The notes under the pieces were generated by a model. It was given only the letters and a program-made list of their open reading frames with translations, did no database searches and was not told the DNA's origin. This document shows positions 53,112 to 64,000 of a stretch of DNA of 64,000 nucleotides, piece by piece. The DNA lies in assembly GCA_047967505.1 (NCBI GenBank), contig CM106538.1; one strand, written 5' to 3'. Source of the stretch: Dipteris shenzhenensis. Lineage: Eukaryota. The position numbers and the translations under genes are program-made. Positions within the stretch are counted from its first letter, which is position 1, and each line of letters begins with the position of its first letter.

Positions 53112-54485
53112 CTGAAATCCTCACTCTAATACCTTCAAAGTCAAAGGAACACACACTAAAATAGTAAGACATTAACAAAAATGAACGAAACTGAGAACAA
53201 GTGAATAAACGGTGAAAGGAGCTTATTGTCTTGAAAGTTTAAGAGCATCACAACAATAGTGATGCAACGAGGAATGCTTGTTGAAGAGAAAATGGAATGG
53301 CTCGTCGTGGTGAAAGTAGAGGAATGGCATCGGAGAACAAGAGAAAGTGGATGGTTGTTTTGGGTCACCACGCGGGAAGGTTTCCAAATGGAGCTCTGTT
53401 TCGATTTTGGGTCCACATCTCTTGATACGACAGGCGAACCGTAAAAGAATCAAAAACAAATCTTCTCATTAATGCCACACGCTTGTAACAACATAAAGTA
53501 CTATTTTCTTTTTCATATTTTTGCCCTTTTTTGTAAAATTTCTACGTTGTGTTGGGCTTCTCCTCATTGGTTGAGAGACATTTTTTTGAAACCCTAAAAG
53601 GCCCCAAAATGATCTCCCTTTTTTCCTAATGACATGAAGTGTGGAGATGGGAGGAGGTTTTCTTTTCCAACACCTCAACAATAGTCATAGTCACTCATAG
53701 ACAATACTCATGATATTCCTAGGGTGGTATCCCCCTCTAAATATTTGCCAATTAGCCAAGTAGTAAATTAGGACAACGAACAAGGCCTAGCATGACACAT
53801 TGCATAAGATATTAATCATGGGCCAATTGAAATGTCATGCTCATAGACCTTTGATGTCTACGTCTAATCTTCTTTTAGAGCTCATATCTAGAGCTCAATG
53901 GCTGTGGTTGAAGGCATATGAACCTTGAACGTCATTTGTGACATGTTTCAAATGTACATAGCTTTGCGATTGTTCGCATTAAAGCATGAGCATGAACATG
54001 TACATAACATTTAATAAATTTTCTACATGCTATAATTATGAAATAGTAGTTCAACTAGCCTTTAGGACTAATTTTAGGCACTTTAGTATATAAACGGACA
54101 AATCATATATTCTGACTAGATTTTGACCTGTTAAAACCGATTATGTGTACACTACTACACACGGATCCTATTGCGATGTTTACGTACCGACGTTTAGCAC
54201 CCGCTTAGCGTTAATCATCGGTATGAAAAGCGAGTTTCGTAAATCGTCGCTATATAGCAACTGTTGCTAAAAGTCGCTATATAGCGACACTGATACAAAA
54301 TATTATAGCGATGTTTTTACAGAGAGGTTTTTTTTTTTTATAGGCCTTAAAAGTTAGTTTTTTCCAATGACAAATTTTTTTAAATTTTCCTACATGTTTG
54401 AGCTCATAGAGAAATAAAAAATGAGAGCATGTACATCAAGCCTTTGAAGCTCATATATTCATGTCCAAGTTTGAGATGAGAAAAG

Positions 54486-57400
54486 TCAAATAAGAGCATT
54501 TACATCAACTGTTTCGTCTTGAGCCAAGTCTAAGGCGCCGAGCAAGTCTATCTCCAACTCTATACCGAGTTGATCTCCTATATCATCATCGTACTTTAGC
54601 ATCGTACGTTCACCTAAAAGTATTTGATCATCTTCTTCACTAAAGCTTAAGTGTGGTGATTGATCTTGATGATTGTTGTCTTCTTCGTCAATATCGTGAT
54701 CTCCATCCTCCTCCCGTGCGATGTCATTATGCGCATCTTCCTCTTGGCTCATATGGTGATCTACATCTTCTTCGCTAGATTCATCAATTGGATCCGGCAT
54801 TGGTAGTGGCATCTCCATATCCACATCTCGATCTTCAAAAATTTGCTTACTTCGTGGTGCAACTTGGATCACGTACCACCATCTTGGATCAGAACGATCC
54901 GGATGAAAAACCACCTATATTGAAGATGGGTGCTAAATGTCGTCAATTATATATATATCAATGGACTTTAAAAACGAAAGCTTCGACTAATTAAATCATT
55001 AGTATGCACCTGCTCACAGTGCTCGGGAAGAACAAAAGTATCACTTTCATTGGTCCAATGTTTGGTGGAGTCTATTGCAAAGAGACCGCTACTATCTTTT
55101 CTCACTGTTGCATGGGGACCGTTGTAAGTAGTTCTAAACCATTTTACATCAAGAATGAAAATAGTAAATCGTCTGAAATCAATTTCATAGATGTCGCGTA
55201 TGGTTCCACAATAATCCAACTGTGAGGAGAGAAGATTGGTATCCGAAGCACTTGCTCGGCTGTCTTGTGTGAAGTTAGCCATGACTCCACGAGGACGACA
55301 CAATCATACGTGACTCTCTTTGAATCGATGCGTTCCACGCAAAAATGTCGTCCATATGACCATAATGCACTGTACTTTTTGTACTGTAAAAGAGCATCAT
55401 TAAAACAATGAAGATGCACCTATTTTATAGCATATATTGCCACAAATAATTACTTAATTACGTCAAGAGATAAGAAACTTACATGCACCATACATCCAGA
55501 TGATAACTCCCGCTCGCGCTCGTTTATTATCTCTCCATCACGTTCGGCTTTACGTAGAGCCAGTTGTAGCCAATCAAGTGACATGTGAGTAGGGAGAAGA
55601 GCCAGATCTCATGGATATGGTTGTGATCGCCTGTACATTACTCTGAATCTCGTCCTTGCATTTATTCTTTCTGCTTTGGCCACTTCATATCTCTCAATCC
55701 ACTTCTGCATCTCAGGGCTATTGAGGATATAAAACTTATTGAATTTCTCCATTTTCTCTTCGCTCATCTTTCTTTCAATCCCTTTTCCTTGGGGAACCTC
55801 GCCAATGATGCGATCATCATCCTTGTTGTGCCAAGCTTGTGGCATATCAGGATCCGTGGATGCAAGAAACTCTGTGATATATACTAATGACTCTTGCACA
55901 AGCCATCCCTCTGCCATGCTTGCTTCCGGTCTTGCTCTTTGTCTTACAAACCCCTTTAAATTTTTCATAAACCGCTCGAGAAAAAACATCCATCGATTAT
56001 GAACGATACCTGCTATAGCCACCTCATCAACTATGTGCACAAGCAAGTGGACTTGAGTTGTCATAATGCTTGAGGGAAAGTGCTTTCAAGCAAGCATACG
56101 GCTTTGATGGATTCCACCCTAGCCTTCTCAATGCTCGATATAGAGATCTCTTTTTGAGATATCCACCTATTTCACATGTCCATGCATATGTAAGATATTT
56201 GAGATATCCACCTATTTCACATGTCCATTAAGAAAATACATAATGCAATTTGATAGTAAGCATACCTCACAATACCACAGATCTTGAATATAGCATTTCT
56301 AACATCTTCTTGTAAGCAACCTTTTATTGTAATTGGGAGGATGAACTATCAAAGCAACAATGAAGTCATGTCAACAATATAACATAATAATAATTACGCT
56401 AACGCATCACTATTATCGGTACACTAATTCTACTTAGAATACCTGTAAGACCTTGTGCCAATCATGGGACTTGAGGCCACTAAGCTTATTGTCCTTTGAA
56501 AATGCTCCTTTCAAGCAATGCATGTACCCTGTCGGTGTTTGAAAAGAGGCAATGTCTGCCTTGACCGCTGCCTCCTCCCTCGTAGAGAGGATCCACGTTG
56601 CTTTTGGGAGGACAACTTTTCCCGAATCATGCACTTGGGGCCACAAACGAGACATCCTATTCATAGCATGCAAGTCTTCTCGCACTCCTCTCGAGTCCTT
56701 GGAACCAACCAAGTGTGCCCAAATAGTAACCCCCACATTCTTGAAGATATGCATGGGATCCAAGAGATGATTGATTTGTAACTGACCCCAATAAGGAAGC
56801 TCGTGAAAGATCGATAGCCTCTTCATACTAGGAGGAGGTTCCTCTCCATTCGCCCTCCAAGCTTGAATCCAATCACTTGCCTTCAAATATGATGGTGGTG
56901 GATCAAGCTGACCTCCACGTGCGAGATGGTCGAGCCGAAGGTATCGAGCATGACCTTCATAAACATTTTTCCTCATATGTTTGGAGTAGCGTGCAAGCGA
57001 TTTCAGAGCCGGTCCACAAACAGGACAAGCATGGTACCCACTTGTAACAAGTCCTGCACACGTGCATGAATGTGTTAGTACAAGACATGCGTGCAAAAGA
57101 GAGTAAAAAAAGCATAATCCCTCATTGTACATGTAAAGACATAATCACGTACCTGCGCACTCTCCATACCCTGGGTAGTCATGCATGGTCCACATCAAGA
57201 TACCCCTGACCAAAATATCATTGGTATGTCTAGGAGCTCTGGAAATATCAAAGACCTGCACTCCTCTCCATAATATCTATAACTCCTCTATCAAAGGTGC
57301 CATGTACACGTCCATGTTTTTTGCCTTGTACTTTCCTGGCACAAGTAGTGCAAGCATGAGGTGTCCCTTTTTTATTGTTAGCCATGGTGGGATATTGTAA

Positions 57401-58545
57401 TTCACCATGACTATGGGCCATGTCGACCAAGATGTCGAGCGTAACCCGAAAGGATTCACGTCATCCATGGCTAGCCCAAGATGTAAGTTGCGTGGCTCCC
57501 TCGCAAAGTCCGGCCACTGATTATCTATGTGCTTCCAAGCTGCACAATCTGTGGGAATCCTCAATGTGTGATCAGTGGACCGATGAGATGCATGCCATGT
57601 CATCAACTCCGCTATGGATTTGCATCGAAACATGTGTTGTATTCTTGCAATGATGGGAAAGTGTCTTAAGACCTTTACCGGTATCCGCTCACCCTACAAG
57701 TCATCTCTATATCGTTGTTCCCCACACTTTGGACAACTAGCCAAATCTCCATGCTCACGACGAAAGAGAATACAATCATTACGGCAAGCATGGATGGTAT
57801 CATAATCCATACCCACCATTGTTAGCATCTTTTTCGCTTCATCTCTTGATGCGGGCATGGTATTTGGTGCAGGCAACATCTTTTGGAGCAACCTATGACA
57901 AAGACACTATCCAAATGATGATTCTCAAAACAAACAATATCCAAATAATGAGTCAAATTAATGCAAGGGCTAACCTCATTAAGGCCGAGACACTTGTATC
58001 CGACCACCCATACTGTACTTGTAGATTCAAGATTGAGAGACAAGCACGTAGTTTAGACATCCTAGCACCCTCGTACAATTGTGTTGATTGCAACTCTCGC
58101 ATTTTCACCTCAGACTCTGACATCACGTGTACGTGGGATGTAGTGCCCCTAAAAATGGAATCCATCATGTCGACCATACCCTCGTCGTCATCCGGGAGAC
58201 TATAGTCTTGTTGAAAGTGAGAAGGTATATGTGTATTCTTGTCACGCTCCTCATCCTGTTTTAAGATTTCGTGTAAATATAAGATCTTCTATTTCCTGGT
58301 ATACAATAAGATTGCAAACTTAAATAGCTTTGACTTACCGATGACCCATCAACATGTGCAACACCAATGGGGGGTACTGGTTCCGGCTCCTCCCCATACA
58401 TCTGCAAGTGGCGCATGATAATACGACGTTGATGTCATACTTCTTGCTTGCAATGAGTGCAATGACAGTATAACCTCTCCGTAAGCCACTTCGTGCTGTC
58501 GGGCGTTGGTGCATCATCGGATGAGCCTCCACTCGTCCCTTCCAT
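54486..58545 (-). pseudogene. CACTA Tnp2-type transposase, copy C, disrupted
   Basis: Same motifs as copy B; premature stops at 57694 and 55609 and a ~10-bp insertion at ~55290 relative to copy B. Confidence 0.93.
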
Positions 58546-59654
58546 CTACACTTATAAAATCACAACATAAGCATGAAGAGGAGATATTGACAATTATAAA
58601 ATAGCATTTTTGAGCTTCTCTTGAGGCCATATAAAAAAAGTGACAGTAAGCGTCGCTATATAGCGACGCTCTGTTCCGTCGCTATATAGCTACATTTTTA
58701 ATTAAAAACGTCGCTATATAGCGACGAATTAGCATCGCTATATAGCGACGCTGTGGATTAAAACCCGAAATGCCGAAACGTGCGGCATTTTGCTCAATCC
58801 ATTCCCTAATCTCTCAAGTAAGCAACCCAAAAGCTCCTCCCACCTATTTTCGACGACCTCCCATCTATTCTAAGCAACCTCCCACTCTATTTTCCACTCC
58901 TCACCCTTCTCCTACCTCTTGTACTCCCTCTCTATCCTTTTCCCTCTTTGGTTTCTTGAAAGAAAGTTCTTCAAGAGGTGAGTTTGTTTCAACAATGTAG
59001 GTTGTTTGTTTGTTAGCTTTAGTTTTGTGAGTGTTTCTTCTTGTATTGCTAAACCTGTAAACTAGTTTTCATGCTTGTTTTGAAAGGATTGAAACAAAAA
59101 ACGAGATTTCAAGAAAGAAAGAAAACTCACCTCTTTTTTCTGTATTTCTCTTCCTTCTCTTTCTCCTTGTCTCCTCAATCTCCTCCTTTCCTTGTCTCCT
59201 CAATCTCCTCCCTTCAAGAAGTTGCTTTTGTAATCTCCTCCTTCCACTAACATCTTATTTGAAAAAATGGGTTGTTTTCTCTCTTTTGTAGAGCCAGTCC
59301 ACTACACTGAGCAGGACATACTTTTTCAGGTAAGTGCTTCCTCTTTTTTCCATTTATTATTTTTGTTATTTGCATTGGCCTGCAGCTAGCTGCAGTGATG
59401 GGCGTAGGAACCCTCTCTTCCCCTCTCACTCTTTCCTTCTTCCCCCTTCTCTTATTCTCCTTTTTCCCCCTTCTCTTTTTTCCCTCTTCTCTTATTCTCT
59501 CTTTCCCCCTTCTCTCTTTCCCCCTCATCTCTTTTCCCTTCTCTCTTTCCTTTCCCTGTTATTCTCTATTTCCTTTCCCTCTTATTCTCTTATGCTTATG
59601 CTTCTCTCATTCCCCCTTCTCTCTTTCCCCCTTCTCTATTTTCCCCTTCTCTCA

Positions 59655-60800
59655 TTCGCATAGGCTCATGCTTATGCTCATGCATGAGCATGAGCTTATG
59701 CATAAGCTCCTTCTCTTTTTCCGCATGAGCATAAGCTCATGCTTATGCTCATAAATGAGCATGAGCTTATGCTTAAGTTTCTGCATAAGCTTATGCTTAT
59801 GCGTGAGCTTATGCGGAAATAGAGAATGAGAGAAGCTTATGCTTCTCTCATTCTCTATTTCCGCATAAGCTTTATGCTTCTCTCATTCTCTATTTCCGCA
59901 TAAGCTCCTTCTCTTTTTCTGCATAAGCTCCTTCTCTTTTTCCGCATAAGCTCCTTCTCTTTTTCCGCATGAGCATAAGCTCATGCTTATGCTCATACAT
60001 GAGCATGAGCTTATGCTTAAGTTTTCGCATAAGTTTATGCTTATGTGTGAGCTTATGCGGAAATAGAGAAGGAGAGAAGCATAATAGAGAATGAGAGAAG
60101 CTTAAGCTCCTTCTCTTTTTCCGCATAAGCTCCTTCTCTTTTTCCGCATGAGCATAAGCATAAGCTCATGCATGAGCATGAGCTTATGCTTAAGTTTCCT
60201 CATAAGCTCATGCTTATGCGTGAGCTTATGCGGAAATAGAGAATGAGAGAAGCTTATGCTTCTCTCATTCTCTATTTCCGCATAAGCTCCTTCTCTTTTT
60301 CCGCATGAGCATAAGCATGAGCTTATGCTTATGCTTATGCTTATGCTTAAGCATAAGCATAAGCTCATGCTTATGCTCATGCATCAGCATGAGCTTATGC
60401 TTAAGTTTCCGCATAAGCTTATGCTTATGCATGAGCTTATGCGGAAATAGAGAATGAGAGAAGCTTATGCTTCTCTCATTCTCTATTTCCGCATAAGCTC
60501 CTTCTCTTTTTTTGCATAAGCTCCTTCTTTTTTTCCGCATGAGCATAAGCATGAGCTTATGCTTATGCTTATGCTTAAGCATAAGCTCATGCTTATGCTC
60601 ATACATGAGCATGAGCTTATGCTTAAGTTTCCGCATAAGCTCATGCTTATGCATGAGCTTATGCGGAAATAGAGAAGGAGAGAAGCATAATAGAGAATGA
60701 GAGAAGCATAAGCATAAGCTTATGCTTCTCTCCTTCTCTATCTCCGCATAAGCTCATTCTCTATTTCCGCATAAGCTTATGCTTATGCTTCTCTCATTCC
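59655..60800. repeat. Palindromic satellite of CACTA copy C
   Basis: Same units as 1-1915; lies between the GTAAGT donor at ~59330 and the TTAG acceptor at ~61008. Confidence 0.93.
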
Positions 60801-61010
60801 CCCTCATCTCTTTCCCCTTCTCTATTTCCCCCTTCTCTCATTCTCTATTTCCTCATTCTCATTCTTTTCTTTCCTTTCCATCTTCTTTCCCTCTTTCCTT
60901 TCCCTCTTCTTTCCTTTCCCTCTTCTTTCTTCTTGCCTATGCCTATGCCTATGAGAATGCTTATGTTTGTTTTTTTGTTTTTTGTTTTCGTGTTTGTGTC
61001 TATGTTAGAC

Positions 61011-62558
61011 ATGGGATCACGTCGCTCATCCGACGAGTACGGACAGCCTCGCAGGAGGAGAGCTCACGATCTATATTCTCCAGAGGACTTTGATTCCTCT
61101 CAGGCGACTACCCCGAGGACTTGGTCCGACTCCTCTCGGACCTAGCACTACGACTACCCCTGGTCCGACCCCTCTTCCACGTAGCACTGCGACTACCCCT
61201 CAGGGAACTCCTTTGCTAGCCACGCATGGCTTTGTCCGGAGTCCCGACGAGTTTGTAGCGCAGATGAGCGATGAGGAGGCAGCGAGATTCTTCTCTCTGC
61301 TCTCTCAGAGGACCTCCGCAATTCCTTCCCCTACACCGACGGGTGGACGTACTGCCCAGCCATCCCCTCACGTCCCTTCGACCGCGGGATCATCACCTGC
61401 GCATGCCTCTCGCAAGGAAAGGAAGAGTAGGACGGGCGGCTCATGTTGTGCTGACTCGGGAGATGTAGACGAGTCAGCACACTCACGCTCCTTTAGGTCT
61501 CCACTTGGGCTGGAGACACAGTATCAGTCAGGTCCCTTTTCCTCTCCTACTCTCACTGCTACTCCTCGCTCCGGAAGTGCTCGTGCAGCTTCCACTCCTT
61601 CAGACTCTGCTACCGTCAGTCCCCCTTACTCATCAGGGGATCTCTCCTATCAAATCACATCTGCCGGAGAGATAATAGAAGATAAAAAGGGCAAAGCAGT
61701 GATGGCCACCATGAGGAGGTTGATGAGTCATCACTTCAAGAGCGGCATAAATACCGATTGGTGGTATCAAGATGCCCAAAAGAAGCAGGCGGTGATCGAT
61801 GAGTTAAAACAACGATACCCTAATCCGCCAAATGTGGAGTTTAATGACGATTATATGTGAGAGCGCATGGGTTTGGTCCTAAAGCATCGTAGATCAACCT
61901 TGCGTACTTCCATTACAAAGGGGTTGGCTAAACCCAGCTGGGCAGACAAAGCTGATTGGAAGTACTTCAAGAAGCAACATAGGGACCATCCCGAAATGTT
62001 CGAGGGTCAGAGGAGGGCTGCGAAGAGACGGCTAGACGTCGTAGATACTTCACACTTTGGTGCAAGCGGACGGTATGTGTTCGAGGCAACCGTGGTAAGT
62101 CTACTTCTTCCCATTTAATGTATTGTTCTATTTATTTTACTTACATATTACATGCACTTTAGCTAACTCTAACTCTCGTAAATTGGATCCACAGCAAGCT
62201 GCGATGGGTCGTCTTCCTACGGATGCAGAGACACGGCGCGCATTTCGAATAGGAACAAAGCCGTGGTTCATTGAGCAAGAGGCAATGGGAGCAACAGTCG
62301 ATTGGGCTTAGGTGGCTGCTCGCACGGTATAAGTTTACTCCTACTTGTAATCTCACTTTTTAATTTAAGTTCCAATCTAATTTTCGATTTATATGGTTCA
62401 CTCTTAGGGTCAAAGCTCAAGCGTCCCATCATCCGGAGGCGAGCGATCAACAGGAGCAAGGATCGGACGCAGGTGGCGAGGACAAGGGAGAAGACGCAGG
62501 TGTCGAGGACCAAGGAACAGGCCAACAAGACGAAGATGATTCGGATTCGGATGAGTAG
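61011..62558 (+). pseudogene. CACTA second gene (TnpA/Ptta-like), copy C, disrupted
   Basis: Colinear with 2202-3753; frameshifting deletion at ~61120, TGA at 61858, TAG at 62309. Confidence 0.7.
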
Positions 62559-64000
62559 TGGTAGTAGCATTTTGTATATCCGCTCGTTTGAGCAATTTTG
62601 TATCGCCCTTTTGACAGGGTAATTTTGTTACAAACACTGTTGTATATGTTCGACATGTATATGCATTTGTTACTCATCATTTCACAAGAACAATTTTGTA
62701 TCACCTTGCAAGCAAGGGAAATTTTATTATAAAAAACTTTCTTTTGTAATTACAAAAAAAAAAAAGGATTAGTGGGGCTAAACAGGGCCAAAAGGAAGCC
62801 CTGTTTAGCCCCACTAACCCTTTTTTTTTACTTCTGTTAATCGTCGCTATATAGCAATGTTTACCAGTGTCGCTATATAGCGACGTTTCTATCGTCGCTA
62901 TATAGCGACGTTTGCAGTGTCGCTATATAGCGACGCTCCTTTTCCGACGCTTTTAGCGACTTTTATAGTGACGTTTGCGCCCGTGAAAAAAAAAAAATTT
63001 AATGTAAAAAGCGTCGGTATTTTCGTCGGAAAATGGCCTATGCCTTGTAGTGGTAACAGTAAACTTTATTCTATCAGGCTAGAAAAAGTATGTTAAATTG
63101 GTAGCAGTGAGTTGTGCATGAAGTGTGGTAAGGGAGTGGAGGGTTGGCATGTGGCTACATGCTGTGTAGATACATGAGCACTGAGCAACATTTGAGAGGG
63201 CCTCTCTGCATCTCACTGAGGCTGGGGAGGCTACCCATTCAACATTGGATGGTTTCAAGGGAAGAACGTCCCCGCGTGTCTGCCTTGATGAGCTGCAGGT
63301 AAGAGCCAATCAGTTGCACCTCCTAGAACTTACTTTGCAGGTTTCCAGCACTTGGGCATGAAGGCCGTTCTTGGCAGTTTCAGAGAATCAATACTCCATT
63401 CTACCAGTTCACCTACTCCAATAGTGGAATGTTGGGCTCGAATCTGGAAAATTTAGGCAGCTAGGGTAGGGCTCCCCAAGCACCACTGGCTGGCGCAGGG
63501 AGGCCCTCTGAGTCCCGCGATTTTATTTTTCTGATGACTCAATTTTGCACAATAAATTTTGCATTTTGAAATATTGAAGCATGCGCGGTTTTCAAAAGCC
63601 CACGTCTTCTTTCTATGGATCAACCGTGACGACCCGATTGAGCGAATATTTCAAGGCAAGCCTGCATTGTCTTTCTTTTAAAATGCAGGCAATTCTGGAA
63701 GCTTTAACTTCTGAATGTTCTGAGATTAATTAACAGCAGCTTTAACTGCTGAATGTTCTGGAAGAAGGCATTTTGAACTTTGAAGGCTGCTGAATGTTCT
63801 GTGATTAATTAACAGCAGCTCTTATCTTGAAGTTTGGGATGTGTTTTACAAATTTACACTCTCCGTTTCAGGGACTCAACAAAATCTTCAATCATTGCCG
63901 CTTCCATTCCACCGCATTTATGAGTTGTCTCATTCCCGTGGCTCTCGACACGGGTTGATAGACTAAAACACAAGGATCCCGCTCAGAGGGACGTTGAAAC

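Larger units (their letters stand above)
44341..53168. repeat. Tandem segmental duplication, copy 2 (8828 bp)
   Basis: Same start and end sequences as copy 1; scattered SNPs and small indels. Confidence 0.96.
54150..63052. mobile_element. Complete CACTA (En/Spm) transposon, family 1, copy C (8903 bp)
   Basis: CACTAC...GTAGTG termini; 3-bp TSD GTA at 54147-54149 and 63053-63055; subterminal GTCGCTATATAGCGAC repeats at both ends; Tnp2 and TnpA-like genes inside. Confidence 0.97.

Noticed and set aside
45854-63052. Macro-transposon bounded by the inverted CACTA end (GTA|CACTA) and the copy-C right end (TAGTG|GTA), enclosing the H3-like gene
   Set aside because: Copy C already has its own matching GTA at 54147-54149, a 3-bp match can arise by chance, and the kinase frame does not resume convincingly after 63055.
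63056-64000. Possible retroelement sequence right of copy C
   Set aside because: No motif or terminal structure that I can support from the sequence.

Overview
Eukaryotic, transposon-dense, intron-containing DNA typical of a large land-plant genome; no intact host gene, RNA gene or CRISPR array was seen. One CACTA (En/Spm) family dominates: a complete 8.9-kb copy (54150-63052, GTA target-site duplication), two partial copies (1-4277, 5005-10945) and an inverted terminal fragment. In it the Tnp2 transposase and the TnpA/Ptta-like gene are divergent, separated by palindromic motifs and a hairpin-rich satellite. Between these copies lie: (i) a decayed ~7-kb minus-strand gene with a ParB-like DGQH motif, a possible degenerate DNA-methyltransferase fold and three tandem Ulp1/C48 protease-like domains; (ii) a 247-bp MITE; (iii) a ~5.3-kb array of 182-bp monomers with a 546-bp trimeric higher-order repeat; (iv) the 3' part of a second CACTA family; (v) an ~8.84-kb tandem duplication with gag and kinase fragments and a highly divergent histone H3-like gene (some CENH3-like residues) running into a Ulp1-like domain. 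The best candidate for a new system is TE-associated chromatin cargo (H3-Ulp1 fusion plus ParB/MTase-like-3xUlp1 gene), although all copies here are pseudogenised. Domain calls are by-eye motif recognition, not database searches.
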